A stretch of 64,000 bases of DNA from Podarcis melisellensis (taxonomy: Eukaryota), in assembly GCA_964234715.1 (NCBI GenBank), contig OZ174279.1; one strand, written 5' to 3'. Below, piece after piece: positions 40,001 to 50,198 of the stretch (within the stretch, counting starts at the first letter, position 1; every line of letters starts with the position of its first letter). The translations under genes and the position numbers were made by a program. The notes under the pieces were generated by a model. It was not told the origin of the DNA, searched no databases, and saw only the letters and a list, made by a program, of their open reading frames with translations.

Positions 40001-43000
40001 ACAGTGTTGTTTTTTCTGATTTGCTTAAAAACTAACTTAAAAACTTCATGTGAATCTGCCCAAAAAGCTCATCAACTTTGGGCAAAGTAAGAAAAGCTCA
40101 ATAACTTTGCCAGTCCGGATATGGAAACCCTCCCATAAGTTGTTGGTTCTGTTGCATGGATGCAAGTGATGGGACAGCAAAGATTGTTCTTCCTCGTTCC
40201 TTCCCTTCCCTGCCCTTTCCTTGGAGGAGCTGGTTCAGCCACATGCAGACTGGGCCCAGGGGACATGGGGCCTGAGCCTGCTTCTCTCTGCTTTTCTCTC
40301 CTTCCTGCAGGAACTTACTGTGAGCAGCTAATGGATGTCTGCTCCCTGGAGCTTAGCCCCTGCCAGCATGATGCAGTGTGCAGGGCTACCCCTGATGGGC
40401 CCAAGTGAGTGATTTAGCAGCTACCTTGGTGGCATGGGGGGAAGCAGAAAAACATAAACCTACAGCAAACCAGGGGAATTGCAATAGAATTCTAAAGTGG
40501 ATAGGAAAGGGATGCAGCTACAGCCAGTGAGTGGCTTCTCCCTGTCCCTGCCTACAGGTGTGAATGCATGCCCGGCTTTGTGGGAGATAATTGCAGTGTA
40601 GACTATGACGACTGCCTAGACCATCGCTGCCAGAACAACGCCAAGTGCTTTGATGAGCCAAATGGGTATTCTTGCCTTTGTACCGGAGGCTACAGGTAAG
40701 GTTGTGAGATGGGCAAGAGTATATACCAGTTCAACTCATTCTAAGCTACCTGAAAATCTCAACACCTGGGATTGCCCTCTACTGGAAGAGTTCCTCTTCC
40801 ACAAGGGTGGCTGGGAGAAAGAGGTACAATGAAAAGAGTGATCAGTTATTACCAGAAGTGTCAAACACTGATTAGTTTTAAGACCCTGGCTGTTTCCAGA
40901 GTTGTTTGACTGTGCTTACGAGATTAAAAGAATGCATCTCACATTTGCCGAAACTTTGTACCACACAAGGAGTTAGATGCCTAGTGTGAATTGCTCTGCC
41001 CACCAAGGAGACGAGACAAGTTGTTCTGAACATCCTGGCAAAAGTAGTTCCTGTATATAGGGAAGTAATGTACAGAGATATGCAACATAGCTCTGTCCTG
41101 CAGCTGAGGACAGCTTAAAAGACTTGGGGCACATGCCCATGACATAAACCTGCATAAATGTAGAATGCCTCTGGGCAAATTAAGAGGGTGGCAGGGCCAG
41201 CTCACCCATGAGACAAGGTGAGGCAAATGCCTCAGGTGGCGGGATCCACAGGGCAGTGGATTCAGCCTCAAAGGGATGCTGTGGTGGCAGCAACAGCTAT
41301 GGTGTACTCCTTGGAGGGCAGATCCTCAACAGCCCCCCCACACATGCCACCTCTACAGTGACTAGGGAGAAAATGGTGGGGGCTGCCCTCTGGGCATGAT
41401 TCAGAGTGAGCCGCCCCCCCCCCAAAATGGCCTTTGAGTCCCACTTCAACTGTCCAGTAAGGTTGATTTGATACCCTCTATGTTCCTGATGTAGATTTTT
41501 ACCCTTTCTTCCCTGGTTGGTGGGGAGCACACCATTTTGTGGTTCACCTCAGGTGCTAAAATGTATTGGGCTGGCCCTGTCTGCTGGACCACCCCATAAG
41601 GACACCCCTGGTCAAAGATATTCTGGTTGTCTTTATTGGTGAAGAAGCAAACTGAGTAAAGTGTGTCAGTCTTCCCTTGGGATTCAGGGCGGTGTGATGA
41701 CTTGTATGTCACTTGAGTACTTGCCTTGTCCCATTCACTTGATGCCCCGGTTCAGTGAACTGGAGTGCTCTTACTGCAGGCACAAACAGGGACCAGGAAA
41801 GATCATGGGGCAACACACATGCATGTGATTCCAGGCACATTTTACTCAGTCTCTGGGAAGAGGAAAATCAGAGGAGAGTGCACACTGCCTTAAAACTGTA
41901 TGAGTGCCACAGGATCCAGCTGTGGTCCTGCTAAAACCCTGTGGTGTTATCCCCAAGTTGCCTCCCGCAATTTGTGCCTTGTTGTGTTCTCACTCTTATC
42001 ATAGTGGCCAGCTCTGTGAGATTCCACCCCATGGCTCCCTCCAACCCAGCCCATGCGAGAGGGCAGAATGCCAGAATGGGGCCAACTGTGTGGAGCTAGG
42101 CAGTCGTGCCTTATGCCAATGCCTTCCTGGCTTTGGGGGGCCCAAATGCGAGAAGCTGCTGAGTGTCAACTTTGTGGACAGGGACACGTACCTCCAGTTC
42201 ACTGACCTGCAAAACTGGCCCAGCGCCAACATCACTTTGCAGGTAAGTGTTGATGAGCAAGGCTGCCGCCTCTGCCACCCCAAGAGCTGGCATCTGCCCA
42301 CACTCTTCATCCGTGCCATTTGTGGGACTGGTTGGAGTGTAGAATTAATGTTTCTGCCCCTTGCTTGTTCATTCCCTTGTTCTCTGCAGGTCTCCACGGC
42401 TGAAGACAATGGGATCCTCTTATATAATGGGGACACTGACCACATGGCGGTGGAGCTGTACCAAGGCCATGTGCGCGTCAGCTATGATCCAGGCACCTAC
42501 CCCAGCTCTGCCATTTACAGGTAGCCCTCTGCCTTTGGCTTCTCCTTCCAGCTCAGAGTGACCCTCAGTCATTGAGCAAAGCTGCACATTGACCATGAAG
42601 GCAAAAGGAAGGGTTTGGGGGTTTGGATCGTGGGGAGTTAGTGCAGAAGTGACAAGGAACACAAGGCAAAGTGGATACGGGTGCTGCACTTCCATGCTGG
42701 ATGGGTGCAGATGGCTGTGGATGCCAGATATCAGGCCCAAGGTTGGGTGCCACCAGCCTTTCCCATCCTACACCTCCCTTCTCTCCCTAGTGCAGAGACC
42801 ATCAATGACGGGCAGTTCCACACTGTAGAGCTGGTGACCTTTGAGCGGATGGTAAACCTCTCCATCGATGGAGGAGACCCCATGACCATGGACGGCTTTG
42901 GCAAGGCCCACACGCTGAACTCTGAGGCTCCACTCTATGTTGGGGGTAGGACTGTGACCTTGGCCCAATCCAGTTGGGGAGAAGGGGGTGGGAGAGGCTG

Positions 43001-45530
43001 ATATCTCTGTCACCTCCGTGCTTGCACCTGGAGGGCATTAACTGAATGAAGAACTCCTTCACTCTTCTTCGCTCACGTCCACTGGATAGTAATGATGCAA
43101 GAGGAACATTTCTGTTCTTCTCTCCAGGGTGGGGTGTCTGATTTCATACTGCAGGGCACTAAGAGCCAAGTGCCAATCTGAGAAGGAGTGACGGGTGCTG
43201 TGGCAGTGGGGAGAGGGGAGAGAAATGGAAGAAGGTGGCTCTTAACATTCCACACAGCATTCCAGAATAAGGAATGCTCTTTTCCATCTCCACCAGCACG
43301 CTCTCTCTTTTCCCCAGGAACTTGCTCTTCCCTCTCTTTCCTGCCCCTTACCTTGCTGTTCTGGCTCTCCCCTCCGCAGGGATGCCCGTGGATGTGAACT
43401 CTGCCGCCTTCCGCCTCTGGCAGATCCTGAATGGCTCCAGCTTCCATGGCTGCATCCGCAACCTTTACATCAACAACGAGCTGCAGGACTTCACTAAGAC
43501 GCAGATGAAGCCGGGGGTGGTGCCCGGCTGTGAGCCCTGCCGCAAGCTCTACTGCCTGCATGGCATTTGCCAACCCAACACCCCCCATGGCCCCATTTGC
43601 CACTGTGATCCAGGCTGGGTTGGGCCCCATTGCGACCAGCCCATTAGCAACCCCTGCCAGGGTCACAAGTGAGTACACAGCAGCAGAATCCCCCTCCACC
43701 CTTTCCTTGTGGGCTTCTTCTCTCACTGCAGTGCTGGGTGCAAGATGGAGAACGTGTGGGGAGGGATTGCAGCTCAGTGGTGGAGCATGTGCTTTTCGCC
43801 CAGAAGGGGCCAAGTTCAATCCCTAGCATTTCCACTTTGAAAGGATCAGGAGCGACCTCTGGCTGACACCCCACAGAGCCACTGCCTGTCAGAGCAGACA
43901 ATTTTGGGCTAGATGCACCCATAGTCTGACCTGGTATAAGGCAGCTCCCTGTGTTCCTAAGTGTGACTGGAACTGCATCTTGTGGGCTCTGATGGGCAGT
44001 ATTTTGCCTCTCCTGTTTGCTCATCTCTGATGAGGCGGGGCAGGCAGGGCATTTATGACTGCAGCAACAAAAGCAGAAATTAGTTGTCTCTAAAGCCCAG
44101 CACAGGGGCATAGGTTTGGGAACAGCGTTCAAGAACAGCACATACCTAATTCCAACTCCTCCTTCACTTTTAAAGCAGCCTCAATAAAGCTGTACTTGTG
44201 TGTTTGGAGGATAAGGGAAGTTGGGGAGTCAGTGAGAACGCTCCTCCTCTCTCACTTCTTTGTATTGCTAAGATGATGTTGGAGAAGCCAGGGTGCACAG
44301 AGAATCTTGCAGGTCCTTCCTATGTTAAATGCTGCTTCTAGAAGATGGTGGCCTAACTGCAACCTTTTGAATTCACCTATATTTAGCTTTATGTTTCACT
44401 CATTCTACAGGTGCGTCCATGGAATCTGCATGCCCCTTGATGCCCTCTCCTATAGTTGCCAGTGTCAGGATGGCTACAAGGGAGCCCTGTGCAACCAGCA
44501 AGGGGAACTCCACAACCCATGCAAGAGCTTGCAGTGTGTTCATGGTCAGTGCCAGATCTCAGACACAGGCGAGGCCTTCTGTGAATGCAACGGGGGATTT
44601 GATGGCGACCTCTGTGACCAAGGTCAGGCACATCTCCTTTTCTTCCTTACATTCCCATAGCTAAGGACCCCTGAGGGCCCTCCCCTGATAAGACGCTTGG
44701 GCCTATACCTAAGCTGCCAGTATTGTGTTAAGCCAGCTATGCCCACCGTGGGCAGAAGAAACCCCAGCCAGGGAGTACGTAGATGTTATTTCTTGCCTAG
44801 CCTCTTCCCCTAGTAAGTTTTCTAGCAACTGTAGACCCTCATCCCTTCTGTTGCACTGGCTGTAAATGGGAATTTGAAATTCCGTGATCCCACAGAACAG
44901 CCAGCGTTGTACATCCCAGTACAATACCATTGCACTCTTCTTCCAGACACTATGGCCACAACTTTGGTAAGGGAGCAATGAGCAACTGAGCCACAAATTC
45001 TTGATTCTCCACCCCCACCCCGTCCTGCCTCTCTGTCCTCTCCTTCCATTGACAAAAAGCAAGACCAGTTTTGCAGGACCCCCAGCCAACCAGATAAGGG
45101 ACGGATAAGATTTTTTCTACCTGTTCCTAACCATTCAGAAGGCAAGATCATTCGTCATAGTATGCTTATACATACTAGAATGCCCAGTTTTTTGAGTTGA
45201 CCTTCACCAGAACCCCAAGCATAATGTGTAATGAAGGCTTTCTCAGAGGAGCCTCCTTGCCTGACTTCCCTCTTCCTAACGTTTTCCCTAGAGTCGGAGT
45301 GTCGGGGTGAGGCCGTGCGAGACTTCCACCAGGTCCAGCGAGGCTATGCCATTTGCCAGACAACCCGGCCTGTCTCCTGGGTGGAGTGCCGGGGATCGTG
45401 CCCAGGGCCAGGATGCTGTGCAGGACTGCGCCTCAAGCGCAGGAAATACACCTTTGAGTGCAGCGATGGCTCTTCCTTTGTGGAGGAGGTGGAAAAACCC
45501 AGCAAATGCGGCTGTTCCCAGTGCATGTAG
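14474..45530 (+). CDS. SLIT1: Slit guidance ligand 1, exons 5-37 (5'-partial): LRR domains, EGF repeats, laminin-G, C-terminal cystine knot
   Basis: 33 exons with AG/GT boundaries join in one frame (4192 nt). SLIT1-type peptides include [38 protein letters not shown] and [16 protein letters not shown]. Convergent LCOR matches human synteny. Confidence 0.98.
14977..15048 (+). CDS. SLIT1: SLIT1 exon 6 (72 nt, LRR)
   Basis: ctcag|...|gtaag; [24 protein letters not shown]. Confidence 0.96.
15650..15845 (+). mobile_element. L2 LINE 3' end with (AAC)n tail
   Basis: agggccttctcagtggtggcccct..tgggataccctccc ([11 protein letters not shown]), aaagggcggg..ataaat, then an (aac)n run. Confidence 0.7.
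16413..16484 (+). CDS. SLIT1: SLIT1 exon 7 (72 nt, LRR)
   Basis: tgcag|...|gtgag; [24 protein letters not shown]. Confidence 0.96.
16883..17258 (-). mobile_element. Full-length Sauria SINE (Squam1-type)
   Basis: Minus 5' end GGGATGCGGGTGGCGCTGTGG (box A), GTTCGGATCC (box B), (ACCTTT)n tail; TSD gaatccagagta / gaatgcagagta. Confidence 0.92.
17495..17658 (+). CDS. SLIT1: SLIT1 exon 8 (164 nt, LRRCT)
   Basis: tacag|...|gtcag; [54 protein letters not shown]. Confidence 0.96.
18408..18555 (+). CDS. SLIT1: SLIT1 exon 9 (148 nt, LRRNT of D2)
   Basis: tgcag|...|gtgag; ...[36 protein letters not shown]. Confidence 0.96.
18750..19179. mobile_element. Older hAT (Charlie-like) MITE
   Basis: Left TIR CAGGGGTGGGGAACCT, decayed right TIR agcttcaccgctcctc, TSD ccttatgt / ccttatgc. 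Confidence 0.7.
19437..19508 (+). CDS. SLIT1: SLIT1 exon 10 (72 nt)
   Basis: tgcag|...|gtgag; [24 protein letters not shown]. Confidence 0.96.
19817..19888 (+). CDS. SLIT1: SLIT1 exon 11 (72 nt)
   Basis: ttcag|...|gtgag; [24 protein letters not shown]. Confidence 0.96.
20690..20761 (+). CDS. SLIT1: SLIT1 exon 12 (72 nt)
   Basis: tccag|...|gtaag; [24 protein letters not shown]. Confidence 0.96.
21113..21393. mobile_element. hAT (Charlie-like) MITE, 281 bp
   Basis: TIRs CAGGGGTCAGCAA / TTGCCGACTCCTG; perfect 8-bp TSD ATCTATAC. Confidence 0.9.
21689..21832 (+). CDS. SLIT1: SLIT1 exon 13 (144 nt)
   Basis: tccag|...|gtgag; [48 protein letters not shown]. Confidence 0.96.
22037..22139. mobile_element. 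Short degenerate hAT MITE
   Basis: Imperfect TIRs cagccttcccaaactgg / ccaggttggggaagactg; similar to the element at 53723. Confidence 0.55.
22368..22531 (+). CDS. SLIT1: SLIT1 exon 14 (164 nt, LRRCT of D2)
   Basis: tatag|...TGC TCC C|gtatga; [54 protein letters not shown]. Confidence 0.94.
23004..23027 (+). CDS. SLIT1: SLIT1 exon 15, 24-nt microexon (xKEQYFIP)
   Basis: ttcacag|CCAAAGAACAGTATTTCATTCCAG|gtaag; frame-preserving; matches the Slit AKEQYFIP insert. Confidence 0.93.
23485..23918. mobile_element. Solo LTR (434 bp), probably Ty3/Gypsy-type, in SLIT1 intron 15
   Basis: TGTAA...TGACA termini, perfect 5-bp TSD CTGAT (23480-23484, 23919-23923), sharp GC/CpG contrast with flanks. Confidence 0.85.
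24159..24303 (+). CDS. SLIT1: SLIT1 exon 16 (145 nt, LRRNT of D3)
   Basis: ggcag|...|gtaag; [49 protein letters not shown]. Confidence 0.96.
24644..24803 (-). mobile_element. CR1-type 3' terminal fragment
   Basis: aacataagaagagccc..ggatcaggccaa..tccagcattctgttctcacagtggcc, a common squamate CR1 3' end in reverse; related decayed copy at about 2085-2200. Confidence 0.6.
24954..25086. other. Assembly gap (133 N) in SLIT1 intron 16
   Basis: Run of N; exons 16 and 17 join in frame, so no known exon is hidden. Confidence 0.99.
25706..25780 (+). CDS. SLIT1: SLIT1 exon 17 (75 nt)
   Basis: tgcag|...|gtgag; [25 protein letters not shown]. Confidence 0.96.
26509..26652 (+). CDS. SLIT1: SLIT1 exon 18 (144 nt)
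   Basis: cccag|...|gtaag; [48 protein letters not shown]. Confidence 0.96.
26833..26976 (+). CDS. SLIT1: SLIT1 exon 19 (144 nt)
   Basis: tccag|...|gtgag; [48 protein letters not shown]. Confidence 0.96.
27091..27235 (+). mobile_element. Degenerate Squam3-like SINE
   Basis: ccatagctcaggagtagaa...caggtccctactttaatccttggcttctc, similar to the copy at 43758. Confidence 0.6.
27299..27465 (+). CDS. SLIT1: SLIT1 exon 20 (167 nt)
   Basis: cccag|...|gtaac; [55 protein letters not shown]. Confidence 0.96.
27985..28022. repeat. (GT)n microsatellite
   Basis: About 19 perfect GT units. Confidence 0.95.
28885..29017 (+). CDS. SLIT1: SLIT1 exon 21 (133 nt)
   Basis: ggcag|...|gtgag; [45 protein letters not shown]. 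Confidence 0.96.
29644..29712 (+). CDS. SLIT1: SLIT1 exon 22 (69 nt)
   Basis: tgcag|...|gtaag; [23 protein letters not shown]. Confidence 0.96.
31150..31490. mobile_element. Probable non-autonomous element fragments with recurring AATAGGGAC motifs
   Basis: Repeated tttctccaatg(g/a)aataggga and aaatagggacact motifs; TIR and TSD not resolved. Confidence 0.5.
31542..31613 (+). CDS. SLIT1: SLIT1 exon 23 (72 nt)
   Basis: tacag|...|gtgag; [24 protein letters not shown]. Confidence 0.96.
33005..33076 (+). CDS. SLIT1: SLIT1 exon 24 (72 nt)
   Basis: ctcag|...|gtagg; [24 protein letters not shown]. Confidence 0.95.
33546..33617 (+). CDS. SLIT1: SLIT1 exon 25 (72 nt)
   Basis: cccag|...|gtgag; [24 protein letters not shown]. 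Confidence 0.96.
34785..34948 (+). CDS. SLIT1: SLIT1 exon 26 (164 nt, LRRCT of D4)
   Basis: aacag|...|gtaag; [54 protein letters not shown]. Confidence 0.96.
35420..35541 (-). mobile_element. Squam3-like SINE fragment
   Basis: Reverse complement of GGCCCTGTAGCTCAGTG...GCATGCAGAA...GGTTCAATCCCTGGC (box A/B). Confidence 0.7.
35827..35951 (+). CDS. SLIT1: SLIT1 exon 27 (125 nt, EGF1)
   Basis: tgcag|...|gtgag; [42 protein letters not shown]. Confidence 0.96.
36570..36667 (+). CDS. SLIT1: SLIT1 exon 28 (98 nt, EGF2)
   Basis: tccag|...|gtgag; [33 protein letters not shown]. Confidence 0.95.
39230..39369 (+). CDS. SLIT1: SLIT1 exon 29 (140 nt, EGF2/3)
   Basis: gacag|...|gtagg; [46 protein letters not shown]. 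Confidence 0.95.
39899..40132. mobile_element. hAT (Blackjack-like) MITE
   Basis: TIRs TAGGGTTGCCATA / TATGGAAACCCT; TSD ccataaga / ccataagt. Confidence 0.8.
40311..40404 (+). CDS. SLIT1: SLIT1 exon 30 (94 nt, EGF4)
   Basis: tgcag|...|gtgag; [32 protein letters not shown]. Confidence 0.95.
40558..40695 (+). CDS. SLIT1: SLIT1 exon 31 (138 nt, EGF4/5)
   Basis: tacag|...|gtaag; [46 protein letters not shown]. Confidence 0.95.
42005..42242 (+). CDS. SLIT1: SLIT1 exon 32 (238 nt, EGF6 and start of laminin-G)
   Basis: catag|...|gtaag; [25 protein letters not shown]...[10 protein letters not shown]. Confidence 0.95.
42390..42520 (+). CDS. SLIT1: SLIT1 exon 33 (131 nt, laminin-G)
   Basis: tgcag|...|gtagc; [44 protein letters not shown]. 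Confidence 0.95.
42791..42945 (+). CDS. SLIT1: SLIT1 exon 34 (155 nt, laminin-G)
   Basis: cctag|...|gtagg; [51 protein letters not shown]. Confidence 0.95.
43380..43668 (+). CDS. SLIT1: SLIT1 exon 35 (289 nt, laminin-G end, EGF7)
   Basis: cgcag|...|gtgag; [19 protein letters not shown]...[13 protein letters not shown]. Confidence 0.96.
43758..43959 (+). mobile_element. Squam3-like tRNA-derived SINE
   Basis: Box A gcagctcagtggtggagc, box B agttcaatcc, tail gtctgacctggtataaggcagctccctgtgttccta. Confidence 0.85.
44411..44622 (+). CDS. SLIT1: SLIT1 exon 36 (212 nt, EGF8/9)
   Basis: tacag|...|gtcag; [22 protein letters not shown]...GFDGDLCDQ. Confidence 0.95.
45292..45530 (+). CDS. SLIT1: SLIT1 exon 37 coding part (cystine knot, stop TAG)
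   Basis: cctag|AG TCG GAG TGT...; [35 protein letters not shown]...[12 protein letters not shown]. Confidence 0.97.
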
Positions 45531-48486
45531 CCTCCAGCAAGGGACAGGCCGGAGCCAGAGACAAGTGGGCCAGGCCTGCCCTGACAGAGGCCGTGGGAAC
45601 ACCCTTGCCATCTCCTCTTGCCCCTGTTGCTGCTTGGAAGAGGGGTGGGGCAGGGCTCTCAGTCTGGCAACGGAGCATCTCCTTTGGCATGGTGACAATG
45701 GCTCTTCTGGATGGACCAGACAAAGGTGTAGATAGAAGACTTTTGCTGGGAAATCCAGCCCAACAGATGTATTTATATCCAGCACAGACTCTATCTGGGG
45801 CCACTACTTGTGCACAATATGGATTCTTAGCAAGCCTGGCCATGCCTGTTTGTTTTGCCCAGTGTGGTGCCCTGAGAGGCCATGTCCACAGCTCATGCCT
45901 AGACACGGGATCCTGCCATTTCATATCTTGTCATTTTACCTGGTCTTAGACCCTGCTATCCTGCACCATGTCTGTCTTTTTCCCCCCTTTTCTTTTGGCA
46001 GTTTTGCTTTTTCTCTTGTTGAATACCCACCTGTTCCTATTCCTACTGGCTGCTCGTTGCAACCTCATCTTCTGTTTATAGGACTAAATTGCAAGTAATG
46101 CAGAGGCAGGACCCGGGGCAAAGGCAGGAGGACTGTGTGCTGCAGAATTAGCAAAGATAAAATCCCTTAGGTGAATGGGAAGCGTTCGTATGAACAGTTG
46201 CCTCCTATACCGGATGGTTGCAAGGTAATGTATTTAAAAACAGCTTAACCTCGGAGCTGCAGTCTGGTCTCAACTAATAGCAAAAAGGAGCCACACTTGC
46301 TCCACATTGAATGATCCACCAGCATTAACAGGACTTACCACCACTTCCCTAATTTTGAAATCCTATACTCACTTAGCTGGGAGTAAGCACCATTGAACAC
46401 AATGAGACTTAACTGCCAAGTAAGCATGTGTAGGATCTTGTTGCATGAGGGCTGGAGAAACCTTGGCTAGCAGTCTTCCTGTTGTACCTCTAATGGATGG
46501 GACAGGGAGACTTACATGTCCCCAGTTATAAAGCCAGCCATCTCCATGATTTGAGGGCAGCAACAGGGACAGATGTAGTTTTCTCTGGTTCTGCCTATAT
46601 CACTGCCTTTCTACACCGCAAAATCTGTCTTCTGCCCAAATGCCATCTGGTTTGCTGTAATGAAAAGTCTGGATATTTTCAGAGTGGTGCCTGTTCTGCA
46701 ACCCAACGTCTGTGAACTCGAGAATAATCATTTTCATACCCATCATGCTCACTTTCACCTGCCTTTTAGAACGGGAGGGGGGGAATGAATTGCATGTGTC
46801 TCTTGCACTCAGTTTACTGTAGCATTACTCTTCATACACCAGGCCCACCCACAAAGTACCATTGCCCTCTTGTAATGGGTTGTGGGGTTGGGTATATCAG
46901 CCACCGCCTGCAATAAAAGCTGAAGCACAAGCTTCCAAAGCAAGTGCTATAGATTATTTGCTCAGGTGGGGTTAGGCCTGGGCCACAGCATCAGAAGAAA
47001 TAAGATGGCTCTTTAAGATCCAGGCAGTTAAAATAAACTAAGCTGACAGTACCTTCTCTTGCTATGTTTCCAAATCCCTGTTTGAGAGAGTTTTTATGCT
47101 AGACCCTGGACAATAGAGCTGCAAATTGGTCAAAGACACTTTTGATCTAACTTATTCTTGCAGAAAAAATGTAGTTTGCACTTATCACCACTAGCTACTG
47201 ACCAATAATTAGAAGTAAAACCATTAGAGTTGCGGGGGGTGGGGGTGGGGGAAAAAACACCAAGCCAGATTCCTTCAAATTCTGCACATGAAAAGTTAAT
47301 ATCTCTGATCTATATGCACTATGTTAATTAAGCAAATCTGAATATTATTTGCAGAGTTTGCTCTGTTTCTCTTGGTTGGGAGGAGAAAAGAAATAGCACA
47401 CAGAAGCTGCCATGTCCCAACCACTGGAAATGCTACTTACCCAGCCTGGGTTTTTGAGACTTCCATCAGACAGAGGCTTTAAAGTGTGTAGGAGACACTT
47501 GAAGGCTTGAAACAACTTTGTTAAAAAAAAAATCGAGATGATATTCTCAGGATGCAGAATTTTCACCCAGTAGTCATGCCAGAATCCAGTTGCTGAGAAA
47601 CAACGTGCTCTCCGGTACAAGCCTGGTGGCCTTGGCTGTACATGTGTTCTTGTTTCCAGGGCAACCTCAGCCAGATGCTTGTTCCCTGAAACTTATGGAT
47701 CATGTTTCCTATGGTGGGGGGAAGTTTCCCTCTTAAAAGGTAGAGCTACTTGCCTGGAAGCATCTGGTACATGTAATCACAAGGTTGCAGGTTTCTAGGA
47801 GGTACATTGGATATGGGAGAAATAAAAGGGTAGCATCTCGGAATACCCCCTAGTATAAAACAATTGGTTATTAGAAGCACAGGTTTTCAACTATACACTA
47901 TATTATGGGTAAAACCAGCAGCAAGGAGGCTATCCTTTGCTCCTGCAGAGAATCAAATGGATGGCTAGTTGCAGGGGCTTCTACAGGGGCTCCCACCTTG
48001 TATCTCTGTGTGTGCTAGTCATGCAGAACCTGCTAACTCTTCCATTGCTGCAGGTTAAGAGACAGAAACTACATGACAGCAGGGCATAAGTTGCCTTGCT
48101 AGTACTAAAAGCCTTGACTGGTGACTTTTGCAGACAGGTACAGCATGAAACTCTGTTAACATAACAGGATCTGCGGGGCCATTTAAATCTGCAGCCATTC
48201 TTTCATATTCTGGTTTTGCCATCTTAAGTATTTTTCATTTCTATTTATTATAGAAACCTCAAGAATGTTAAATGCATTTTTCTTCACACTGAGAATGTGC
48301 AGCTTTTAAACTTCCATTTGTAAGGTTCCTAAACAAGTTCAATTACACAAAATAAACTAATTAGGGTTTTTGGAATTTCTTATGACTTCACATTTCCGAT
48401 TATAGCCATTACACATATCAAACGGAAAGTATCTTATGTCTGATTTTTTAAAAAACTGTGCCTGCCACTGCAGTCCATACTTTGGT

Positions 48487-48492
48487 AATAAA
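48487..48492 (+). terminator. Candidate SLIT1 polyadenylation signal (gives ~3-kb 3'UTR)
   Basis: AATAAA followed by GT-rich tattgggtattgtttggtag; other + strand AATAAA at 46912, 47032, 48351, 50212 and 50356. Confidence 0.45.
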
Positions 48493-50198
48493 GTAGATTA
48501 TATTGGGTATTGTTTGGTAGCCATATGCTGCAGAGGGCAATGCTTGATGTTCACTGTTCATTTTGTCCATCATGTACCAAAGTAAGTTTACACTTGCAAT
48601 GTTATCTCAACCAAGTCGCAACACCTTCCACTTATCACCATACTTGAATGAAGATTGTACCAAGCTTTTGCTTGTTCACAGCTGGCTTTGAACCTCCCAG
48701 TGATCAGAACAAAGTGTTTTGGTACCTACAGGGAGGGTAGCATCAAAAACCCAATTGGTGCAACCTTCAGGGGCAGCTCATGGAAAGGGTACTCAGCAAT
48801 TGTGTGTAATTATGTCTTTTGTCACGTGTTGTAAGCTAATAGCTGAAGTAGGTCTTTATACATAATACTTAGATTCTTACATATATTAATATATTTGTAT
48901 TTGGTATAGTATTTTTCTATGCTGTAAGGATGTCAGACAGCATTTCTTTGTTCTTGGCAGGTGCTTCTCTGTCAGATGAAAACCGGCATCATTGGTTTTA
49001 GTAACTGAGGTTTGTGATTCTTGCCACGCTTTTAATGATCTGAGTTTATGATGACTCAAGTGAGGGAAGTCAAAATTGTCCCTCCTTTAGAAACAGCAGA
49101 ATTGATTTAGGGTTGTTTTTTTTAACTACCAATGTTGTCATCCATGTGAACATGACATTAATTTAGCCACGTGGCTGGTCTTTTCTTTCCCCATAGAAAA
49201 ATATAATAGGCTTGTCTCCCTCTCCCAGAACAATGGCCCAAATTAAACCTGCTGTTATTCAGTTTTCTCAGAAAAGAAAATTAGAGGGTCACTTCAATAC
49301 AGGTCACGGCACTTTTCTTTTTTTCAACAATCACACTTGAGAAGCGGGCAGTCATCTCCTTCAGTTCTGTACTCTAGGAAAGTACTTGGTCCACAGTTTA
49401 AACACACCAAATTTTGCTCCTTAAGCAGCACTTGGACATAAAACAAACCACTAACTTGCAAAAATTAGGATTGGGTTTTAAATGCCCCACTTCTGACAGG
49501 CTTAAACAACCCTTGGACCTTAGGCATGTAAGAGGAAGTGTGGCACTGACATGGGATTGGTATTCTATTTCTGAGGTAGCTGGACCTGTTTCAGACTTGA
49601 GCTTCTAGGTGCTGCTGCCACCAACTGATTTTATCCAAATTTTCCCATACCTCACAAATGAGAGGCTGAGTAGTAGCTTGCTCAGGACAAGTGGGACACA
49701 TTGAGCTACACCTTTGCTCTTGTAGAGCCACTATGTGGCAATTAGGTAGGTGCAACCACACCTGGCTGGCAATAGTGCCAAATAGTGCCTCCTCACACAC
49801 ACCGACAATGTGGTATCGAACCCAGCCTAAGCACGAAGAGCCAAGCACAGAGAAATGGGTCAACTAGGAGAGGAAGACTGGTGTCAAAAACTGTGCAGTG
49901 CCTACCTCTGATGAAGCTAGGGCAGTAACCAGGCTCTGAAGTTCCTACCCAAACTTTCTGGCTTCTTTTGGAGAGCCAGCCTGCTGTAGACCAGGTCAAA
50001 GACAAAACCCACATGGGAGTGGTAGCTAACAAGGCAATCTTTCCATCTTCCAACAGTTCATTGTTTGGTGACATCCTTCACAATTGTGTATACGTCCCGA
50101 TAACCTCCAAAAGCAGCAATTGAGATGGCTCATCAACATGTCTCGTCTTTGCACATCAAACTATATCACACCACACCAATACTGATATAAAAGAAATG

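Noticed and set aside
43073-43819. 248-aa minus-strand ORF
   Set aside because: Antisense shadow of GC-rich SLIT1 exon 35 that starts within a SINE; no recognisable domain
43758-43830. tRNA-like sequence with box A/B (also at 27091, 35420 and in the SINE ending at 17258)
   Set aside because: These are SINE heads continuing into SINE bodies, without an intact cloverleaf
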